Shown here piece by piece: positions 29,501 through 41,500 of a stretch of 64,000 nt of DNA (positions within the stretch are counted from its first letter, which is position 1; each line of letters opens with the position of its first letter). The stretch covers positions 110,486,001-110,550,000 of the forward strand of contig NC_045696.1 of the NCBI RefSeq assembly GCF_009834535.1, written 5' to 3'. The position numbers and the translations under genes are program-made. This stretch comes from Camelus ferus. Lineage: Eukaryota. The notes beneath the pieces were generated by a model. It had not been told where the DNA came from and made no database searches. It worked only from the letters and a program-made list of their open reading frames with translations.

Positions 29501-32500
29501 CTCCACTTTCCTATACTAAAAGGCACCTATACAGGATTAGATGATGCCAAGATTGGTGCTCTTTGATATGATTGCTCAGGAGGATGGGTCTGGCTTTTAG
29601 GAGAAACATAGAGACCCTAGAGCTACTGTTTCATTCAGTCTGGACTGCCTTGTTCTTTACAGGTGGAGGCTGGAGGCCTAGGGAGAAACTTTTTCCAAAA
29701 AATGTTTTGTCTCTTTCCCCTGTTACCTGTTAGGGATTAGTTCTTGTGTTTATTTAGTTTAAGGCGTCTCTTTCATACTGTTGAATTCTTTAAATGTTGG
29801 ATAATTCAAAACTATCCACATTATAAATGTAGGTATAGACTGAATAGTTTTGGTAGCTGGAGTGTATTTCATTGGTCCACGTGAGAAATTCTGTTCACGG
29901 GGCAGGAAAGTCAGTGTCCTGGTGTCTGTGAGTCACCTGGGGTACTGTTGTACTTCATGGTCCAGATGTCCACTCCAGGACCTTGCTTGTCAGAATTCTC
30001 ATTGTAGACAGCAGTACTTGGGTGCTAAACCTTGGTGACGCATATGAGGTTCTCTCTCCAACAGCAGATCAGAGGACACTAACCCTGCGGTTTCAACATG
30101 TTTAATTAATTTTTGGACTGATCATCTTCTGTCTCTTCTCCAGTGTTTATTTACTTAGATCTAGGCATTGTTCTAGGGGGTACTTCTGATAAAACTCATG
30201 ATTTGCAGGCATAGAATGAAGTCCTCTCTTCTACCTATATGGATTACAGATTCTCCATCTGCCACCATGTTACCATCTGCTATATATCACCCAAAAACTC
30301 ATGTTCTGAGCTGCTGATAGCATCCTTCTTGACTTTCCAGCATTGAAATGGATTTATTTTCATTTTGTGTTTCTTCTGACATTTCAGCAGGATTTGGGGA
30401 AGAAAGAAAATATATCTTTGTGATTCTCTTTTATCTAGATCAGGACAGTCCAATCCAACCTTTTATCTCCAAAAAGGCTCTCAAGCATATGTACTCAGAA
30501 AAAAACCACCTGGTTCACTTCTTCCTAAAGCACACCAGGTATGGTATACAATGCAATGATAAATTGCTGACAAATAAATGCATTTTATACACACAAAAAC
30601 AATTTAAATAGCTTTAAAAAATCATCTCATGATTATTAAATATAGAAATGCATTTTATCTCTTAGATAAAAATTTCACTAGAATTGTACCCTTTTTTGTT
30701 TTTAAAAAGGATTTGAGGTAGAAATCTAAGGCTGTCTTTAGGCTATTAATATTGAGCAATATCCAGTCCTCTTGTGGGTTTGATTCCTTCCTATACGATT
30801 GGCTAGAATACAGTTACCTGGTGAATATTTTCATTGCTACTCATTTATAGATGTTTTTTACTTTGGTTAAATTATGTTTTTAAAAGCACATTATTATATC
30901 TTATAACAATATATACTTACTGAATTACTTTAATATATCTGCTATGATAATCCCTTGATCTTTTGATGATAAAAAGAAATATTTGAGTAATTATTTAATA
31001 GAATTTCTAAATATTAGACAGTGACAACTTTGAAAACTTGTTAAAAATTGAGTCTTTCTGTTTTCAGAAAACAAATATTATCTATGGATTTTTAGGAGAG
31101 GACAGAAATCAAAGTCTTGGAGAACATTAAAAGCATGATGCATATTTAGGGTGTTATTACGATCATGTATAAGAGGTGCTTCCCAGGCCAAACTGACTGG
31201 GGAAGGGCCATTGAGAGGTGGGTTTAATATCACAGTCATGGAAAATGCAGATTCTGACCTTCTTGGTCCCTTATCATATTCCCAGAAACATGGGTCCTGA
31301 GTGATAAGGCTGTACATCTGTCCTGGCTGAGAGGTTCTTCTCCTATGTTATTTGGGCTGCTGCTTCAGTACCAGCTTACTTCGCATTGCCTCCTTTCCCA
31401 GTAGTTATCTTCTGCTCCACAGCAGTCCTGCCTTGGAGACAAGTACCTCCATTGATCTCAAGAAGGAGTGGGTGCATTTCCCTTCTACCAGCACCCACTG
31501 CCCCCCTCCCCAGCACCCTGTAGCTGAACGTGCCCAGAGTGTTGGAATAGAGGCTTGTCTGAGCCCCCTTGGGAGACAGGAGAGAGACAGACAAACAGAA
31601 TGAGAGTGCACACAATAGTGAGCCAGTGATCAGAGAACTGATCAGAAAAAGATGTTTTATGATGGTATCTGTGAAATATTCTGGTCAGGAAACTGTTGCC
31701 TTCATATTATTAGAGCCAGGAATAAGCCCCATGTGTGTGCCTATCCTTTTAGCCAATTCAATTATCGATATTTAGTGCTGGCCTAATTTATAATTGTAAT
31801 AATTGCACTAAGACTACTTTTAAGAAACATATTAAGGGAATTATTATCCTCTGGGTTATTTGTTAATACTGTTTTAAAATTGATTTTTAGCCTTAATGTT
31901 AGTTCACAAGTAATTTTTAAATTTCTGTATTTCTTATTTTTAATAATCGATCATCCTTTTGTAGATTGATAGAGAATTTAAAGTCCAGAAAGCTTTGTTT
32001 TCAACTGGATTCCCTGTTCCCAAACCTTTATTGTACTGCAGTGATGCTTCTCTCATTGGAACAGAATTTTATGTGATGGAACATGTGCAGGTAAATTAAC
32101 ACTTAATAGCATTTTTTGTTGCTTTTATTTTAAATTATGGAATTAGATGTTAATAAATGATAGTTTATTAGTCCACATTTTAGGTAATTAGCTTTGCAAG
32201 GGCTTAAACTATTTTTCCCTTTCTTTCTATTTTTTTTTTTTTTTTACATAAAACAACAGAAATGTATTCTCTCAGTTTTGGAGGCTAGAAGTTTGAAGTC
32301 AAGGTGTCAGCAAGATTGATTTTTTTATGGGAGTTTTTTTTTTCTTTAAAAAACTTTTTAAATTGTAATATAGTTGATATACAAATAATGTATAATTTAC
32401 ATAGTGATTCATAATTTTTAAAAGTTATGCTCCATTTTTAGTTATTATATAATCTTGGCTATATTCCCTATATTGTATTAAACTTTCATTTTGGGGACTG

Positions 32501-35500
32501 CTGAAGTAGACAACGAACAAATTTATTTATTAGAGTGTATTGACTTATTCTTAAATTTTACTCTAGGTGTCAGTAAAGAGCTATACGTAATAGCAATAAC
32601 CTAAGAGTCCAGATAGTAGGAGGAAAAAACTACCCCAAAAAGAGAAATCAATCCATTAACAACACTAAATCCAAATTATTTTAAGATTTTTTTTGGAAAA
32701 TGTTACTTGAGAATAGTTTTTGTCCTTTAAGTTCATCTTGGTGTATCCTTGTCCTTTCCCTTTGGCATCATACTCTCATGTTAAATGTTCCACAAATGAA
32801 TGTTTTTCTAGTACATTCTACAAAGTATTGGTTTCAGTTTTAAAACTGTATCCTGATATTTTTTATAGGAAACAGGGAATGATGAAACAGCAAATAACTA
32901 ATATGAAAAGATTTTGTTTAAAATTATCTGTTGTAATTGCTTCCTTCCATAGGGCCGAATTTTTCGTGATTTCACAGTTCCTGGAGTTAGCCCAGCAGAA
33001 CGCTCAGCCATATATGTGGCCATGGTGGAAACCTTGGCTCAGTTACATTCCCTGAATATACAGTCATTGCAGCTGGAAGGATATGGTAGAGGTGCTGGGT
33101 ACTGCAAAAGACAGGTAATGCATTCATACAAAGAGCTCCTTTTCTCAAGTTCTTGGACATAATATACATTATTAGTCAAAATCAAAACCTGTTATTTTAT
33201 GCTTTTATGAAACTTGGCCAACTTTTGATATCAACCTTCAGATTGACTTGTTTTAAACATAAAATAATTTTTATTGAAGTATAGTCAGTTACAATATCAA
33301 TTTCTGGTGTACAGCATAATGTTTCAGTCATACATGTACATACATATATTTGTTTTCATATTCTTTTTCATTATAGGTTACTATAGTTTAGATTAGATTT
33401 TGCTCAGCAAAAGCTTCTGTAACTGACAGCATGTACATAAATGCAAATTTAAAGGTGTTTCTAACTCTTCACTTAATTTATCAATATATTTTCTATAGTT
33501 TTCCCTTTTAAATAAGTTTAACAGATATATATTAAGCATGAATGTATGTTTAATATGTACTGACTACTATGTTAAATATCATGAAATAAGTTCTTCTCCT
33601 AAAGAAACTAGTAGTCATTTTTGAGACACCTATACATGAATCTCATTTACATGAAACTTGAAAATATTATAAAAGGGTATTTAATCTGGTAGTAAATTGT
33701 CTGGTGCTCATCATGACAGCTGTTCCATTCAGAGGGTAGATATGAATATGCCTTTCCTTAGGTGGGGAAATCTTCCTGGGAAAGATAGGTCTTGTACTGT
33801 GTATTTAAGGAAGGATAAAATCCCAGCTATATGAGGCTGTTTCCCTTTGTATGTATGTCTTTTTGAGGGAGTTGAAGGGAGAGAGAAGGGAACTAAGGTT
33901 TAAAGAATACTCGCTATATGCCAGGCCCCACACTAGGTGCATGCGGGTCTACTCTCTGTTTAATCTTTGTGACAACCCTAAGACATAGATATTATTACTT
34001 CCATTTTGCAGATGAGGAAACTGAGGCCTTCAGGTATTAAGTAATATAAACATAAGTGGCTTAGACTTAATTTAAACCCAACTCTTATGATTCCAAAGAT
34101 GAAGATCTATACTGCATTAAATTGAACAGATACCTTAAAAAGTGGAGGGTTATAAACAGATAAATAATATTATCTCAATTGATGGAGGACTTTGAGAATA
34201 GGTTGACTTGTTTGCATTCGATTCTAAGAACAATGAAAAATCTCTGCACTCTTCATATCTGTAATATATTTAGAAGATTCTATGGATTATAAGAAAGGGT
34301 ATTAAAATGAAAAGTAAAAATCTCCCTTCTTCTAGCCTTCGTATTCCATTTTTCAGGGATTACTTGTTTCTTGTGACCCTTCCAGAAATTTTCTATGTCT
34401 ATTTTTTTGGTATCTATGTGTGTTTGTGCGTGTTCTTTGTTTTCCTTCCACAAAATAATTGCCTGATAAAGACTAGAACCCCCATCTTTTGATTCCTAGT
34501 ATTTTTTTTCCTGATTAAAATCTAGGTAAATAAAATGGGACTAGATGGAAGAGAGATTTAAATGTTGAAGTTTCTAGGCTGATATGAATGTTTTAGGCTA
34601 ATATGAGTATCATTTACAGGCATTTGTCTTGAGCCTTTAGGACTAAAACCAAATTTGATACAATTAAATTTTGTTTTGATTTTAGAATTGCTGGATCTTA
34701 CGTTCTACTTTCAGCTCTGTCATTTTTCTTATTTATATATCTTTAGGTATCAACCTGGACAAAGCAGTATCAAGCTGCAGCTCATCAGGACATCCCTGCC
34801 ATGAGCCAGCTATCTGACTGGCTAATGAGAAACTTGCCAGATAATGACAATGAAGAAAATTTGATTCATGGAGATTTCAAGCTAGATAACATAGTTTTCC
34901 ACCCTAAAGAGGTACCATAAGCCATATTTACAATAAATTGAGTACATCTGATTTGTGATACAAGTACTATATGGCTGTTGCCCCAGAGCACCCAGCTCAT
35001 CCCCACTCTTTCCTTACATTCAGGACTATCTTCAGTGCTCAAAACTTAGAAATGAGTCCTGCAGATTTTTTGGAATACGGAGCTGCCTTTCTTTAAGGCT
35101 GGGTCTAATCCTGAGTGTTGTTGGATTTACTACTTAACAGGGATTTGGGAATTTAAATGCATGTCACTGTTTTCTTCAAAGAAGTTTTTCAACTACTGAA
35201 AATATTTAGCTTACCCATATGTTCTTGCTTGTTCTTCTGGTTCATTTTCATTTGTTTTCCCTATCATATGAAAAATTTTTAACTTGATTATTATAAGCTC
35301 AGGAAAGACAGAATTCCAAAAGAATTCTTTTGAACCTTCAGAAGAATTTGTATGAGGTTAATATAATCTTGCTCTGTGTAAATGTGAACAGTGTAATCTT
35401 TAAAAAGAGTGCAAACAAGTCAAAACTGTAACCCTCCTCCACTGAGCACAGTGAGGTCTAGGATTGGAGGAGTGCGGTGGGAACGAGGAAAGTACTTCGG

Positions 35501-38500
35501 TTCTGTCCTTACCTGCATCCCTTCGGGTCAGACACTTGGCATTTAGTATTCTGACATTGATGTGAAAGATTTATAGTTTCCTGAATCCTCCTCCTTAGGG
35601 GAGAATTTTCTGGGTTGATTAGTTTTCTCAGATTGCTAAGATGTTTTAAGGCAGGAAGAGCTGCTGTAAATTCATGTGCTAAGTTTCTGGGTTTCATGTT
35701 CTTTCCTTATAGGAAAAGAACAAGAGAAAGATAGCATTATAAATTTCATTGTTGTCATAATTCAAAATAGTACTATATCAATAGAAAGTTCAAGTATAAT
35801 ATAAAAGCATATGAGCACATTCACCATCAAGACAGGAAATTTTTCATAGGAAAGTCAATTTGGATATTTAAATTATTTATATGTAATTATACGTGTGTGT
35901 GTAACCTTTTATGAATGGCATGGATGAATTCTGAATTCTAACTTTGTTACAGAGTAGGGAAATTAAAGATTGCTAATTTATAACCTGAAAAAATTATAAA
36001 AGCTTGTACCTTAAAACAGCAAGATCTGGCCTATGTTTGATCTATGTATCATTTGATTCATTCATATTTTAGGATGTTTGATACTTTGAATAAGCCAGTG
36101 TTCTTTATGTGTTCTATAACTGAAGTACTTTTCCATTCATTACTTAAACAAGGAAGGAAAAATTCAGACCTAAATCTTCTTAGTTATGTGTTGTCTACCA
36201 AGATGTTTCATATTTTAGGATGAGTCATAATATGCTGAAAGTAATGTCAAACTGTAGTAAGTACCAAATAGTTATTTCCTTTTTATATTTAATCTCATCT
36301 TAGAAAACTATTTTTTTTAGGATTAAAGTTGCCAAACGGGTATCATCTTCCTTAAGCTCTGTCGTGGCAATGCTAGTTTGTTACATACATCATGATAGTT
36401 TAGTGTTTTAGGGCTATATAGTAGCTAGTAAGATGTCCTCTACTTTCCATCTAGTAATCCTATAATTGTTAGTTAAATCAAATGTAATCAATGTCTGCCT
36501 CCTATAAATATTGTAGCTAATTTTTTATGGAAGTAACATACAGTTGACAGAATACAAATCAACTAGCATTTATTCATTTACCAACTATGTGCTCTGAAGC
36601 ATGGGGTTAGAAGGCAATACAGCTCTTAATGAGGTCAAAATATAGATGGAGAGAAAAGATACTCAGGTAATAGCGTAGAATAATATGTACCCAAGTGCTA
36701 AATTATATTATACAAAGTGAATTATGAGAGCAGTCAAAAAGGGAAAGAGACCCACTGGCATTAAGAGCTGTCAAACTTCAGAATTTCATTCTAGCCTAAA
36801 GTCTATTTTTCCCATCTCATCCTTAAGATTTTGTAAGTAGGAAATTAGACTATGTTTCTTTTTTCATGAAGGCACTCTACAAATGGGAAAGTCAGTCCCT
36901 GGATTATAGTGAGTGTATGTGTGTGTATGTGCTCAACTGTGTATATTCCTAGGGATATGATTGAAAGCTTTTTATTTTTTCTTTGAAGATAAAGATTATG
37001 TCTTTATTTTTTTTCTTACCTTTGCCTCTAGACTCTATATGTTAGATGTTCAATACACGAGGACCTTCTAGACTATGAGTGCATAACACAGTAAATGCAT
37101 CTTGTTTAGGTAGCAGGTGGTTACATGTTTCTGATGAATCTATGTTAAAAGAATTGGTTTTAGTTTATTACTAAGTAACTATTTCCATTTCATTTATTTA
37201 TGCTTAATTTTTATTCTCTAGAAGTATGACTTTAAAGCAATTTATTTAACCCTCTCTGTGCCTGTTTTTATTTTAACTTTTTATTTTGAAATTATTAAAG
37301 ACTCTCAACAGGTTGTCAAAATAGTACCTAAGGGCCTGTGTACCCATCAGCCATGTTCCCCAAATAGATCTCACACAGCTCTAGTACATTATCAAAGCCA
37401 GGAAATTGACATTGTTTGCCTTTTGTATTGAGGAAAAAACTCCAAATTTCAGAGTTCCCAGAAGCCTAAAATGAAGTAATTTATATGAAGCAACTAGCTG
37501 GTATCTGGCACAGCTGGTGCCCCACTTACTTTAATTTTCTTCTTTTCTATTCTTTCCTTCTCTTTTCATATTCTACTTTTCTAAGACTGCCTATCAAGCT
37601 CTATTCTTTAGAAAAATATGAAGATAAAAGTAAATCTTTACTTTTTAGTAAATACGTACTAAAACTTAAACAGTGGTTATCAGGGATGGATTATAGAAGA
37701 CTTATAAGTTGTACATTTCTGTAATGTTCAAGGTTTGAGGTTTCGATTTTTAAAAAAAGTTTTTTTGTGGGGGAGGTAATTACTTATTTTTTAATTTTTA
37801 TTTAATTTTAATTTTTTTAATTTAACTGGAGATACTGGGGATCAAACCCATAACCTTGTGTATGCTAAGCGTGCACTCTACCACTGAGCTATACCCTCCC
37901 CCCTATTGTTGTGGGTTTTTTTTTCAAAGAACAGCATGTTTGTTTTTTGTTTTGTTTTGTGTTTTTTTGTCATCAGAAGACACAACAATTAAGAAAGAGC
38001 ACAAAACAATTTTACATATAAACCATCTAGGAATGTGTATGGCAAACCAGTTAAGAATTACTAAAGGGAAAAACAAGACTAAAACATATTACTCAGTTTC
38101 GCAGCCCCTAGTTATTTTTTCGTAACTGATATGTAAAGTATTTGAAGCATGTTTGAGCAAGTGTTGCAATAGTGCAACATGCCGCCTGAAATGTTGAAAA
38201 GAAATCCAGTTTTCCTGGAAAATATCATTAATTTTCTAAATATAAATCTTACCCATCTGGCAGAGAAATATTTAAGATTTTAGAGTTTAAAGTGCATATT
38301 GCCATTTCAACTTGAAAGATAAATACATTTAATTAGGAACAGATAAACCCATAGATATTTCATCTGCACTCATTTATTAGTAGTCAGATGTATTTAAGAT
38401 AAATATAAGTACACTGGTTCTTCTGAAGTCATCTGCCTTGCAGCCTTTTGTATGTTCTTAGGAAGAAAAAAATGATTCGATATGCAAAAAAAACCCTTGT

Positions 38501-41500
38501 ACTTTTAATGGCTTTTTCTTTTTAATTTCCCCCATTGTTTCTAAGATGAGCATTAGGTAGCTCTTCTTGGATGAATTTTAGTAGTTTTCTGGTAACATCT
38601 TTAGGATTTTCTACTTACAGTGTCATGTCATCTGCAAACAGTGACAGTTTTACTACTTCTTTTCCAATTTAAGGTCTCTTTTATTTCCTTTTATTCTCTG
38701 ACTCCTGTGGCTAGGACTTCCAAAACTGTGTTGAATAAAAGTGGCGAAAATGAGCATCCTTGCCTTGTTCCTGTTCTTAGAGGAAGTACTTTCAGCTTTT
38801 CACCACTGAATATGATGTTAGTTGTGGGTTTGTCATTTGTAGTCTTTACTATGTTGAGCTATGTTCCCTCTATGCCCACTTTCTGGAGAGTTTTTATCAT
38901 AAATGGATGTTGAATTTTATCAAAAGCTTTTAATGCATCTGTTGAGATGATCATATAATTTTTGTCCTTCAGTATGTTAATGCGGTGCATCGCATTGATT
39001 GATTTGCAGATATTGAAAAGTCCTGGCATCCCTGGGGTAAACCCCACTTTATTACGGTGTATGATCTTTTTAATGTATTGTTGGAGCTGGTTTGCTAGTA
39101 ATGTGTTGAGGATTTTTGCATCTAGGTTCATCAGTGATAGTGGCTTGTAATTTTGTTTTTTTGTATGATATCTTTGTCTGGCTTGGGTATCAGGGTGATG
39201 ATGGCCTCATAGAATGAGTTCAGAAGTATTCCTTCCTCTACAATTTTTTGGAATAGTTTCAGAAGGATAAGCATTAACTTTTCTCTAAATGTTTGGTAGA
39301 ATTTCCCTGTGAAGCCATGTGGTCCTGGACTTCTGTCTGTTGGGAGTTTTTAAATTACTAATTCAATTTCATACTGGTAATTGGTCTGGTCATATTTTCT
39401 GTTTCTTCCTGGTTCAGTCTTGGGAGATTGTACATTTCTAAGCATTTGTCCATTTTACTAAGTTGTCCGTTTTATTGGCATATAGTTGTTGTAGTAGTCT
39501 CTCACGACTCTTTGTATCTCTGTGGTGTCAGTTGTAACTTCTCATTTTCTGTTTCTCATTTTATTGATTTGAACCCTCTCCCTTTTTTTTTCTTGATGAG
39601 TCTGACTAAAATTTTATCAATTTTTCTTATCTTTTCAGAGAACCGGCTTTTAGCTTCACTGATCTTTTCTTGGTTTTTTTTAGTCTCTATTTCATTTATT
39701 TCTGTTCTGATCTTTATGATTTCTTTCCTTCTAGTAACTTTGGGATTTGTTTGTTTTTCTTTCTCTAGTTGCTTTACATGTAAGTTTAGGTCGTTTTTTT
39801 GAGATTTTACTTGTTCCTGAGGTAAGCTTGTATCACTAAAAACCTCCCTCTTAGTATTGCTTTTGCTGCATCCCATAGGTTTTGGATTATCTTGTTTTTG
39901 TTTCCATTTATCTCCAGGTATTTTTTTATTTCCTCTTTGATTTCTTCAGTGACCCATTGGTTGTTTAGCATATTGTTTAGCCTTCATGTGTTTGTGGGTT
40001 TTGCAATTTTTTTTCTTGTAGTTGGTTTCTAGTCTCATAGTGTTGTGGTTGGAAAAGAAGCTTAATATGATTTCAGTTTTCTTACATTTACTGAGGATTC
40101 ATTTGTGGCCCAGCATGAGATCTGTCCTGGAGAATGTTCCATATGCGCTTGAAAAGAACGTGTATTCTGCTGCTTTCGGATGGAATGCTCTATATATGTA
40201 TCAATTAAGTCCGTTTGGTCTGATGTGTTATTTAAGGCCTGTGTTTCCTTATTGATTTTCTGTCTGGATGATCCGTCCATTGACGTAAGTGGGATGTTAA
40301 AGTCTCTTGCTATTATTGTGTTACTGTCAATTTCTCCCTTTATGTCCATTAATATTTGCTTTATATATTGAGGTGCTCCTATGTTGGGTGCATATATATT
40401 TATAATTGTTATATATTCTTCTTGCATTGATCCCTTGAGCATTATGTAGTGTCCTTTTAACAGTCTTTATTTTGAAATCTATTTTGTCTGATTTATGTAT
40501 TGTTACTGAAGCTTTCTTTTGATTTCCATTTGTATGAAATAACTTTTTTCCATCTTTTCACTTTCAGTCTGTATTTGTCTTTAGACATAAAATGAGTCTC
40601 TAATAGGCAGCAAATATTCAGGTCTTATTTTTTATCCATCCACAGTTACTCTGTGTCTTTCGATTGGAGCATTTTGTCCATTTACATTTAAGATAATTAT
40701 CAATATGTATGTTCTTTTTGCCATTTTGTTAATTGTTTTGAGATTGTTTTTGTAGGTCTCTTTTTTTTCTTTTCTTCTTTTTTCTCTTCTCTTGTGATTT
40801 GTTGATTAGCTTTAGTATTATGTTTGGATTCTTTTTTCTTTTTTGTATATATATATATATCTATTATAGATTTTCAGTTTGTGGTTACCATGAAGTTTTT
40901 ATATAGGAGTCTATATGTATACATGATTGTTTTAAGTTGCTGATCTGTTAATTTCAAATGCATTCTAAAAACCTTGCATTTGTACTCTCCTCATGATTAC
41001 TGTTTATGATAACATATTTTACATCTAATTGTTTTATGTACCCTTTAACTGCTTATTGTGGATGTGGATGATTTTACTGCTTTTGTTTTTTAACCTTCCT
41101 ACTAGCTTTGTACGTGGATGATTTCCTACTTTACTGTATGTTTACCCTTTCGAATGAACTTTTCATTTTGTAATTTTCGTGTTTCTAGTTACAGCCATTT
41201 CTTTTTTTTTAATTAGAGAAGTTCCTTCAGCATTTCTTGTAAAGCTGGTTTGGTGGTGCTGAACTCTTAGTTTTCGCTTATCTGTAAAGCTTTTAATCTC
41301 CTCATGAAAGCCCATCAAGAGCCTTGTTGGGTGGAGTATTCATAGTAGCAGGGTATTTCCCTTTCATCACTTTAAATGTATCACAGCCACTCCCTTCTGG
41401 CCTGCAGGGTTTCTGCTGAAAAAATCAGCTGATAGCCTTTTGGGCATTCCCTGGTATGTTATTTGTTGCCTTTCCCTTGCTGCTTTTAATATTCTCTCTT

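Noticed and set aside
37826..37883. tRNA-Ala gene
   Set aside because: Mutated B box and stems plus an AT-rich tail identify it as a SINE; the same applies to 60950-61021.
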